Assembly (NCBI GenBank): GCA_964035545.1
Contig: OZ037772.1
Coordinates: 7,362,889-7,426,888, forward strand
DNA from: Bugula neritina
Lineage: Eukaryota > Animalia > Bryozoa
Length of the DNA: 64,000 nt
Reading direction: 5' to 3'
Position numbers and translations under genes: made by a program. This document shows, in pieces, positions 26,863 to 38,800 of the stretch (its first letter is position 1; every line of letters begins with the position of its first letter). A model generated the notes under the pieces. The model made no database searches. It was not told the DNA's origin and was given only the letters and a program-made list of their open reading frames with translations.

Positions 26863-29800
26863 ATAGTAGTAGCAGTAGTAGTAGTAGTAGTAGCAGTAGC
26901 AGTAGCAGTAGTAGCAGCAGTAGCAGTAGCAGTAGTAGTAGTACTAGTAGGCAGTAGCAGTAGCAGTAGTAGTAGTAGTAGCAGTAGTAGTAGTAAACAA
27001 ACAGACCTCAGTAAGTTTCTTGTGAGAAGAGAGGTGAGTGAGAGAGTGGGTGGTCTCGGGTTCGTCTGCTTCTGTGAGTATTGCAGTGACATCTAGTGGC
27101 AGAACGTTAGAATATTCTTCCTCCGCATCCTTACGACGTTGTGTCTCTCGCTTCTCCATCTCTTCCAACTCAGCCACATCCTGTAACATGACACATCATG
27201 ATTCAGCTTCAAAGAAAAAGCTGGACACATTACTGGCCTAAATAAGGTGGTGAACAGGCACATATTGACAGGTGCTGGCACATATTGACAAGTGGTGGCA
27301 CATATTGACAGGTGTTGGCAGGTGTCGGAGTATTAGGATATGTTTTGTGTGTATTCAAAGATAACTTTATTTTGATTTTGACCAGAAAACGTATAGTCTG
27401 ACTTAAACACATTTGTATTAGAAAATCCTACTCCAGGCATGAATAAAAACTAATGACACATTTCTTATGACATTTTGCAGTTTTTTGGGGACAATAATAG
27501 ACCACGGAATCCACTTGTTTTAGTAATAATTTTGCATTAGTTGCTTAATAAGCCAATCCTTAGAAAGTATGTTGTTTTGCTTAGCTGATTAGTTTGTGAC
27601 AAAAATGGCTATTGCTGATGAAGTCTAGCCTACACCAACACATGATATCAGAAGAAAGCTAGATATAATAAGTATCTGAAACTGTCAGGCATGAAAGAAT
27701 GCAAATGATGTAACAGCAGAATAAGAATATTCAAACATCAAAAGATGACATGAGAGTGAAATGGGAATATTAAAATCTATAAACAATCTGTGGAATAAAG
27801 AGTTTTATCATTTGAAAAGCAATTGAGAGACTTGAACTAAAATAACTCTCATTTTAACACTTGGAATTGTTATTCATCATTATGCAAATGAGTAAATTGT
27901 GTGTTTTGATGTGCAAACTTCACAAGATATATATTTATAGCTCTGTATGTCTTCACACAACAGACGTATAATGAGGTGGAATATTAACAGTGAAAATAAC
28001 TTTACTCCTCATGAAGAGCCTACAGTTAAAGGGTGAGGGACTGGAAAAAATCAATTGCATTTTTCTGTACTGCAAATGCAGAAAATGAGCAAAGTTTGCC
28101 TGCAGTTAAATGTAAACATAAAAAAGGATCATAGTTTAATTCTGAAATCTCTAAGTTCACAAATAAAAATATGATCACTATTTACGCGCTTAAGTAGTAT
28201 GAATTTGCAGCTAGAATAAATTTAAGTACAGACCTGTTGCATGGCTGCTAACTGTTTCCTGGTGCTGTTCAGTTTGATGGCCCCGTAATTAAACAGAATC
28301 TGATTGGCTACTTTTCTCTCTTTCTCTGCAAGCTCCACCTCTTTTTGTCTGATTCTCCTCCAATGAGATTTCCTAGCTGCAGTTTCTTCTTGCAGCATAG
28401 CCAGAGCTCCTAGAAATCAAAAAGAAATTAGTCGAGGTGAGGATACACAAGTGTCACATGATTGTCACAGTCTAAAATGTTACAAAATGTCACAAATCAA
28501 ACCATCAGATAAAATGATTCAAACACTTTTAAGACCATTCCTAATAATCTCCATCAAAACTGGAATAAAAGATTTCAATAGTTAAGCAGGAGCTCACAAC
28601 ATTTTTCTAAAAATATTTCAAACATACCCAGTGGAGCTTTTCTCTTCTTATGTCCACCAGAGGCTAATGTGACAGGCACAACAACGCCCGTCTCCGGATT
28701 ACTTCTTACACCAGTCACAGGGCTAAGTTCTGCAGTGACTGGGTCTACGGCCTTAACCCCAATAGTTATTGGCACCAAGCCAGTGCCTTCAGGGTGTTCC
28801 ATACTTCCACCCAGCGGTTTGATCTGCCAAAGCAGTATACAGCAAAAGGAATAAACTAACTCAATAAGTTTGGCTCATGCACACATTTCTGAGATAAAAC
28901 AACGAAGAGAATAAGCATGTTGTCAGTTAAAAAAAGGATAAATTGTTCACCTTTCCAGTCAGTTTGTCCTTCTCTACTCCAAGAACTGGCACAAGCAGTC
29001 CAGATCCACCTGGATCTTCCATGTTTGTACCAATAAGTATGGGCAGCAGTTGACCTGTCCTCACAAACTCATACATTCCTGCAAAGCATTTTCAGGAGAT
29101 AAGGCTATAAACAAAACCTAAGATACCGCAAATTACCAGTACAAAATCCAAACAAACTGAATTAGCAAGAAACAACTTGAAAAAAAATAAAATGCATCAA
29201 CAGTTCAACTTTGAAATATATATGGCTGCTAACATTTATATTAGAAGAAATGTAGGATTCTTTATATTTACTAATAAGTTTCGACTGAAATTGGAAAACA
29301 ACGAGTAAAAAAACCAGTACAAATCTCATCTCATACCTGGTGAGCCTCCAGTAGAAGCCAATATGGCCGCCCTTTCCTCTCTCCGTTTAACATCATGCTC
29401 CGATTGTTTCTGCACGGAAAGCATTCTAGATCTAGCAGTTAGCAGGTCCTAAAGGGTAAATAAACTCATAAGATAACTTTATATGTTATATGTATCATCA
29501 CCTTATATGGCATACATATGATCACCTTATATGGCATGATTACCTTATATGGTATTCAAAAATTTAAAGGTTGATTCTAACTAATGGTGTGCTAATAGAT
29601 AACATTTTTAAGCAAACAAATGACAGCTAAAGATTAATCACAGTTACTAACTTGAATTTACAAGTTCAATGCTATGTTTAGATGTAAGATGAATAACTAC
29701 CTTGTAACCAGACTCCATTTCTGCCTCCTCTAGCCGAGAGTTGACAGTTTCATCATCAGGTGGAGGAGTAAATATGGCATCTCCAAACTGACTCAGTTTC

Positions 29801-32800
29801 TCTGTTAGCCTTGATTCAATGGCCAGGACAGTAGAAGTGAGGAACGCCTCATAACTGCCCCCAGCTGGCATGATCTGAATGCAGAAAATAGGCTGCGTTT
29901 GACCGAACAGAAAACAAAAGCTCGCTAACAAGTCACAAGGTTTTGCCTCTATCATAAAACAAATCGAAAGTTCAAATAAACAGTACAAAATCATTACTAA
30001 AACAAATTACTAAAATTAAACAACCCATTTTGAGAACTTTCAAACACTTCCGAAAACAGAATTGCCATGATTTGAAACTTTACATGTTGAAACAAACCTG
30101 CTGATTGGCTGTGTATGCACCATGAGTTCTGATCTGACGGCCGCTCATCTTATCCACATACGAGTCGTAAGGCACGATTGGCTGAGTTCCAAGATCTGTG
30201 GACTTGACTCCACCCACCGGCATGACCTTGCCGGTTTGAGGAGAGATGCGGACGCCGAGTATTGGAACAGGAGTTCCGGAATCTTCATCATGCATCAGGG
30301 AGCCAATCTGCAGAAGAATCATGTAAACAATAAAATAAAATGAACAAACAAAAACAACAAACAATGCATCATAAATAAAAAAGGTGTATTTAAAAAAATA
30401 CTTAAATTCTTGTAACTTGGCGATAATTAAAAGTATTGTAGACTAAAGTATTAAGAATAAAGTAAATCAACCAAAGAAACCTCAACACCCTGACGCTAGA
30501 ATCAAATTAAAAACTCAGCAACTTTAATCAACTCGGTGAGATTTGAAGTACCTCGATGGCCACAGGAAGTTGAGTGACATTGTCGGTGTGGGTTCCACAT
30601 AGAGGCAGGATAGCCCCAGATTCTGGGTGAATAGTGACAGCCAGTATGGGTGCCATCAGCCCCGTCTCCGCACACGGCAGAGGAGCGCGGTAACGCAAAT
30701 CCGCTCTTCTGTCTAAAGGTCGTAGCTTAGTTTCCACAGGTTGGTTAGTAGACGGGTCTACTGGGTACGGGACGTACGGTATGAGAGCCTCGTTCATGTG
30801 AAGTGCTTCAGCTTTAATTTTCAAAATAATAAATAAAATAACAAGTAGATTCAAACTCTCAGTGAGAAGATATGGTTGGAGACAGAATAGTTATCAAACT
30901 GTTAATTTTAATTCCAAAGTGTAAGCAATAAAACTTGACTCAACATATGTTGAGTGAAGGCAGAGTATAAAACCAACATTTAACTTGTGCATTTCATAAA
31001 TCTTTTGTAGAACCCATTTTAAAGTTTTGTGGTCAGTGAAAGTCCAGGGCAGAATAATTACAGATTCAAGTATTAGTGTCAAAACATAAATTGTTAAAGA
31101 AACGAAGAAAATAGTTTATTTGAATCTCTTAAAAACTGACAAATAACTGGTTTAGTAAGAGCATAGACCACTTCCTGGTACGACTACTAATCACTTACCA
31201 CAGGCAGAATCTGCAGTGAATATGAGCCTTGAGCTGATTGGATCAAACGAGACGTGGCCTTCGATTGGTAGAAGTTTGCCCGTCTGCGGGTGAAGGAACC
31301 AATCACCTTGAAGAGGACAGATGCCGGGCTGAGGAAGAATGAGGCCGGTGAGAGAATCTAACTTCAGTATATCTGACCTCTTGATACCAGAGTCAGCGTC
31401 CAGAAGGTCGTCTCTGGTGAGACTATCTCCGTTATGTGAGATGGTGAACCCGGTGGAAGAACCGAGCACAGCCCACGCTCCCACCCTCTTACACTCTTTA
31501 GATGTTTCATTGTGGAGGCTTTCTAATAGCACCCGCACTTTTCCAGCAATCTGAGTAAGAAACCACAACTATTTCTAGGGGCTTAAAAGTCTCTACTGCT
31601 TTGAATGGAAAGGATATAATTTTTTGGTTTATAATAAAACAGAATCATAGGTTGGAGGATTATTGAGAAAAACTAGCAAAATATATCATTGTAATCAAAA
31701 TAAACAAACAATTGCTTTCTAACTTTACGATAGGAAATATTTTATAAATATGTAAGAAAGAAAAAAGTTGTATTTAATAGTGAAAACTAACCTGATCATG
31801 TTGATCCTGGTCAAAGCTGCCATCTTTCCTGGTCAGCTGTTTCCTGTGTAGTTTCTCTGAATGAGTACGAAGCAATGACATCACTTCCGCCAAGTCTTTG
31901 TCAAATGACACTTGGTGAGTCTCAACGTGCTTAGCCTCAGAATCCATTAACTTCATGTGTTTATCTAAGGCTACTTGGAACCTGTGAGAACAATACACGA
32001 CGGTTAAAGTGCCAGATGTAAACCGAGATTGACAGCTGATAATTTGTGACAGTAAAGAAAGTACGGCAGTCACTATCATGATAAACTGATTATTATTATG
32101 TATTATATAAATATATAATTATACAAAATAGCAAAAGGTTTAGAAAGAATTGGTGACAACAAACTAGGAAAAATTCAGATCGTTTGGGCAAACAAGTTTT
32201 CAGTTGTATGAGTCATGATTTTAGTAGAAGCAGACGTCACCTGTGACCAACTTGTTTCCTTCTCTCCAACTCAATTTCCAGTTCCTCTAATTTAGTCTCG
32301 TAAATGACAAGATCTTCCCGAGTGGCCAGTGATGACCGACCTTCCAGATTGAGTTTGGCCGCCCACAAACCTTTCAAAGACTGATTCTGATTGGATACCT
32401 GTAAATCAACAAGTCGGTAGGGCGGAAACAGCATCAAATTTTTGAAATTTTGAAATTCTCAAGTGGAGTGAGAAACAAAAAGTATTTAATCAATTTAATT
32501 TGTGATTGTTTAATTAAGAACAACTGACAGCTACAGTCATAAGGAAATGAACTTATTTTTATAGAGATGAAAATCAATATCGCACTAATAATTTGTTTCG
32601 AGTTGAGTATATAAACTTGACAAACATACATGTGCACATAGAAAATACAGAAATATATATATTCTGACCTAGAACCTACAGAAGTACATGCAGACGTAGA
32701 TACATCTATACATGCAGACGTAGATACATCTATACATGCAGACGTAAAATATAAATCTATACATGCAGACGTATATACATCTATACATGAAAATATAAAA

Positions 32801-35800
32801 CCACAAAACAGTTAGTAAATACATAATTCAATCTCACATCAAAACAAACAAGAATAGAAAACTCAAGACATATTTACAACATCAGATCAAAAGAGGGGAA
32901 GCATAAATCACAGGGGACAGTACGATGCCTGAAGGTATGCACTCATGCGTAAAAATTGGTTAATAGATCACTTGCAAGTGTTACTTAACTTTCACAAAAA
33001 GAACTATAACGCAAGTGTACAAGAAAATTATGACGAAATACTTGGTTCTTTATAGATAAGCAACTGAACTATTTCAAAAAATCAATAAATTCAAATTCGC
33101 AATATCAAACCGCCTGAGAGAAAAAGCAGAAGACATTAAATTAAAAAATCTTCTACTACTGAAACACAAGTCACAGTGATAAGGAATCCTACCTTCTGGT
33201 ATAAAGATTTCGCTTCCTCTTTCTGCCGAGCCAGGTTCTGGGTGATGGAGTGAGACTGACTGGCTAGTTTGTCGTAGAGCGTGCTCGCAGTGAATGCTTC
33301 CAGATCAACCTGCTGCTCGTAATCCCAGAATTCATCTTCTTTCACTTCCTTCAGCTCTGCACCTGAGTTTACACAACAATTTTCAATAAACACAAAAACA
33401 AACAAAAAAACATAAAAGACAGGTTAATTAATTTGGAAAAATAGTACAGATGCATACGGGTATATTTTACTTAATTTAGTACACACTACATATCTCTAGC
33501 TTTTAGCTATTTCTCACAGTTTAGCTGCTATTGTATATAGTTTCTTGCAGTACAATGATAAAATATTAACATATACAGCTGGATGAGCAAGATTTTTTCT
33601 AATTTTGCATGTTTTATCCTAATTTTTTAGCAGATCTGGGTGTGCAGGCCTGACACTTTATCATCACGTCTGCACACCCAGATTTACTAACAATTGGGAT
33701 AAAACATGGAAAATAAGTGAAATGATCGAGATTCAATATCAGAGTAAACCAAAATTGAGCAACAACTATTTCAACAGGAAATGCGAGTACCGCCGACAGA
33801 TGCGTCTGCTGAGGTGATGGCCAATTGAATGTCGTTGGGGGAGGAGCTATGAGTGTTCATATTTCGGTGGTACTTCTTAATGGCGTGGACGTTGGAGCCA
33901 CGGCTAGAGTAGTCGTCAAATGGCTTGCGTTTAGTGAGCCACCTGTAGCTCTTGTCAGCAAACATCAACTTGTTCCAGCCGTATCTCTTGAAGAGAACCT
34001 ACAGATGTGACATGGACTGTGATTGGATAGTAAAGCTTACTATTTAATAGAAAAGCCTTTGTGATTGGTCAATTAGACTACTCTGTAACTTTAAAAAAAA
34101 ATTATCTTCTTTTATTTAAGTTGATTTAAAACTTGAAGAAGATGCAAGCGCAGAAATGTAGGAGCAAAAAAGTCACTCCTCTTCAGTCAGCTGTGTTGGA
34201 ATGTCATTATCTAGCGCTGCCGGACATGATTAGTTATTGGACTTCACGCTGACTGACAGTTTTCAATCAGACATTGAACTGGAATAGTCTAGCAAATAAT
34301 AGAAATTCGCCCTAGAGGCAGCGAAGTACATGTCAGATGCTGCTAGCACTTGTAGAGATTAGGACAACCTCATTATTTTCGTGTCACAAAGAAATTGAAC
34401 TAGAATTTGCTGCTTATACTTCCTCTATAACAGTATACAGCATGCAAACTATAGCAGTAACATTGTATACACCTCAAATATCTCACTTTCTAATTTGCTT
34501 AATTTTGATTAGCCACAGAACATGTTCCATTCATCAGATAGCCAACTAAAATAATCACTACTAAAGTTGGTTTAACTAACGGCTGTACCATTCTTATTTC
34601 AGAAAGTAATTACAACTAACAAAAAACCCTGCTTCATTATCACTGCAGTTCCATGACTGAGCATTCTGGGAATGGATGCTCACATATTAATTAGTGGTTG
34701 TGGTTTGTATCAGCTTATGGTTACTTTCATCCCATGTAGCTGTTTGCAAACACCAAATGAAAAATCTATTCACATGGAAACGCAGTGTATAGCAGTGCGA
34801 CTACCCTTACAACTCTTGTAACAAGACTGTTTTACTATAGACAGCTGTTGTAGGAAAGTATTGGTAACAATAGTCAACTATTACCCTTTCCCCAGCATGT
34901 CTGCCCAATAATATGACAGCAAGTTGGCAGTAACTGCTGACCCTTACCAGAGCAATGATGACGACTATCACCGTCAGCAAGATGGCGACACACATGAGAG
35001 CAATGAGCACCCAGTCAGGTGACTGCAGGATATCCTGTTCCACCGACATGCCGTTCTGTATGACGTAACGCGGAGTTGTGGGGAAGAAGGGTCCATCTTC
35101 GGAACACTGGGCATTGGGTGCCATCACTTTGACATACTAAAAGTATTGGAAGTACAAAACGCGCATTCAAATTAAGAAGTCACATTGAATAGGAGATTAT
35201 CTAAGCTAAAATTCTACTGAATGCAAATAGAAAGACAAAATGGAGTTTAACTATAATTTTCTTTTTACTACCTTGGAAAATAAACAGAAACAAGCTTTTA
35301 CCAAATGATGCAATAGCCTGGAAAACCCGAGGTATTGTGCCTACCATTTTCTTGTTGATGTTGGAGCTGAGGTAGAAGACGTATACCCCAGGATCCTTGA
35401 ACCTGTATGTGAAGAGGGTGGTGGACGTCTCGGCCTGACTCTGAGCCTCCTGTAACTCTCGGAATCCGCCATAGTCAAACTTATCATTCGTGTTGTACAG
35501 GTTGTTTCTACAAACAGGAAATACAAGATAATAAAAGTGAAATGGAGACATACTGATTGCTGCTAAATATAGAACAAAACAAACATGATAATAAAAAACA
35601 CACGGAACATGACGAAGGGGATGAGACGGGCTGCCAATATAACATCAGATAATCCTTCTACCCAGATTACTGTTAAAAAGGAAGCCACTAAAAGTATTCT
35701 GCAACTAGCTACTTTTTTATGATATTAGAAAGATGGACACTAACTCAGCATTTAAATATAAAAAAGTTTACTCTAATGCATTCTGCAAAGTGAATATCAA

Positions 35801-38800
35801 ATGATGCATTTTCCTTATTGCGAAATATGTCACTTTCTCTCAAGTCTATTAACATTAATCCAAAAAACATCTAAAGAAACTTCATTATTATAAGATCTTA
35901 GGCAAACTGCCACAAATCTAATTAATAAAAAGCTCTAAAAAAACATTTCAATGGAAAGCAATCATATATGATATGTGAGCTCTGAATGTGACAGTCATAA
36001 TGACAGAAGCTACAGGGCATAGCGCACTTGTTAATGAATGTCAGCAACAAAAGTAAAAATAGGAAACGTGACATAAATAGGAAAACATGGTAAAAAGTCA
36101 TAACCAGTTGGAAAAATGGTAATATAACAAGTCACAACCTTGCATAAATTTGTCATTACAAATTTCTATTTTAATACATGTGCATCGTCACCAAAGTTAT
36201 TGCATTATAGACATTTAAAAACATTACATAAAATCGTATTTCTATATTTATGTTGCTAAGACCCAAGCACAATAAAAGAGTAATAAGTATTCTATATGCA
36301 TTCAAGTACACACTTGAGTGCATATCATCGTTTGATTATGCAATCACAGTACGACTTCTTACAAACAAGTTCCAAGACTTAAAAGACAAATAAAAGTTTG
36401 AAGAGAAAATTAGTTTTACATCTATAAGCAAGAAGAAAGAATGATGAAGGAATAGGCTTGAGGCATCAAATATAAATTATTATTGATTAGTTCTTCGGAA
36501 GAAATAAATACCTCGGCACATGAGTGCATGTTTCAATTGAGCTCAGGGTGTTCAGTTTCCAAGTACAGCTATACGCAGCGCAGGCACTGTTTGATACCTT
36601 TTAATTACATGCTTTGAGAAACTGCTGCGATATAGAGTAGATGTTAGTCATGATTTTCAATCTGCTTTTTGTTGGGACACTAATGATAATGTGCTGTGCA
36701 CAAACGAAGCAGATGGAAATGTCCAGGTAAAATTTATTTCTATCTCAAACATGAACATTGTTATTTCTTTGCATTCCATTATTAATCTATTATTTCAATT
36801 AAATTTATAAAAACAATTTTCAACTCTTTCAAGTACTGTCAAAATTGAATCTCTGAAAAAATGAAGTGTTTATTTTCAGCAGTTACACATTTTGGACTTA
36901 ATTCCATACTGTGTATTTGCAAGTAGTTACCATTTGTGTGTGAGACCAATTGCTAATATTTTTGGTTATTAGAGCAAAAAAAAGGAGAAATACTTTGTTG
37001 AGATTTGAGACATGTTTTATGCATCGGCTTTGATGTGTTTTATTAGCAGTGATCTGGGAACAAGAAGTGAAACGCAGACAGTCTCAAAGCGTGCTTTCGG
37101 TGAGTTACAATGAAATTCCAAAAGTTTTGAAAGGCAAAGTTTTCTTTTAAAATCTGATAGGAAGAGACAAATCTTTTTATTAAAAAAAAATTAATGAATA
37201 TTTTTTAAAAGTCAACAGTCACTGTCAACAAGGTTATCCCTGCAACCCTGCAATGCTAATTAATACTGTTGTGATTTGCGTTGTATATATTTAAGGTCAC
37301 TTAAACTTGGGGCCTGAACCAGACTGGATGGTACTTTTATCAGAAGGTAGGACCCGCAGACCTTCTCCCAGAAGGAAGAAATTCAGCAGGGTGAGAGAGC
37401 CATATTTTACATTCTAAAACTATCATACTTATATATTCTAAAAAAGCTGTCTACAGAAACATTGACCTATACTAAGTTCAATTGAAATAAATATCAAATT
37501 AAATACAATTGTAATTCAAAAGGCAAAATAGAGTTGTGAATTTCAATAGAATCTAATTCCGTAATAAAATGGTTGATATATCTGGCAGAAAGTTCCCTTG
37601 GCTGCTGAACCCCAAGTAGTCTCTGGAAAGCTATTCAGTGACATCCAAGAAGACGCAATAGAAAAGGAAATATTGGAAGCAAACAATGAGATCTATCGCA
37701 AGCGCTTGCTAGAGCTCATGGGAGAGATGGTGAAAGAGAGAGGAGAGGATGAGAGGAGATCTCCAGATCAGCTTGGAAGTAAAGAAAGCAATGATGAAGA
37801 GAAAAGGGTGTTTGGGTCACTCAGAGAGATAAGAAAGAGTGTGGGAGACGACGGAGAGAAAAGAGTTTTTGGATCTTTTAAAGAGTTGAGAAGTTTTGAT
37901 GAAGCTGATTTTGATGAGGAAAAAAGAGTTTTTGGCAGTCTGAGGTAAGGCTAGAAAAATAACAACTTTTCAATTGGTAAGAAACTCTGTTCTGTATTTC
38001 TTTTGATTTGATTAAATAAGCTTCATCAAGCTGGTAGCCAGTTACAATGCAAACTATAACCAGCATTCCTTTACACGTTGGCAGACAAATACGAGAAGTA
38101 GGAGGGAACACCGGCTATATGAATGAAAACACGGCTACACACGACCTCTTGGGCAGAATGAAGGTAATAACATTTATTGAGCAGATCTAAAAGTTTGAGG
38201 TAGAAGTGCATAAAGATATGTGTAAAAATATATATTGTGCCAGCACCTAAATAGTTTCAAGGAACTTCTAAAGTAATCAAACCTAAAAGAAGCTGCAATT
38301 GTTTAAACTACTAGCATGTTATGTAATGTTATGTTATGTAATGCCTGTTTCAGTGTAACAACTTTATTAGCTTTGACAGAGTATAACAGCTGCCCACACA
38401 GGTAGCTGGTCATATCAAGTACCAGTACAAAAGGGTTTAATTACAACTGTGGCATTGTTTAAATTTAATTGAATTTACAATTTAGAATTTCAATATTTTT
38501 CAGAAACTTGAACAGGCTGAAAGAATGAGGAAATGGAAGAAGCAAGAGAAAGCTAGAGGTAGGAGATTGCTATAAGTTGGTACATGGATATCAACAGAAT
38601 GGGGTAAACTGAAGTAATACAATTGAGCCATCAATAATAATTTATAAATATTTATTTATAGATTATGAGAGGGTGGAAGCAACAAAGATGGATACGTCAA
38701 TGAATTTACCAGTTTCTAAAGCCAGGTAGGAAATTATATGCAGTTTTATATCTAACTAACCTATAGCATGAAAGTTTGGGTGAAACGGAGTATTTTAATT

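Larger units (their letters stand above)
14048..28409 (-). other. Cytoplasmic coiled-coil-rich exons of the giant gene
   Basis: E/K/Q/R/L-rich helical translations, with recurrent KLAARK / AKLAARRERK-type motifs in exons 20980-21228 and 14048-14220. Confidence 0.75.

Noticed and set aside
26502-27096. Long poly-Ser, poly-Val and poly-Thr ORFs on both strands
   Set aside because: Translations of the intronic (AGT/AGC)n microsatellite; the flanking exons splice around it in phase 0.
37800-37944. Assignment of the repeats to allatostatin-A, FMRFamide, FxRIamide or enkephalin families
   Set aside because: No C-terminal G-K/R amidation on the short repeats and no FGL-amide, RF-amide, RI-amide or YGGF motif.
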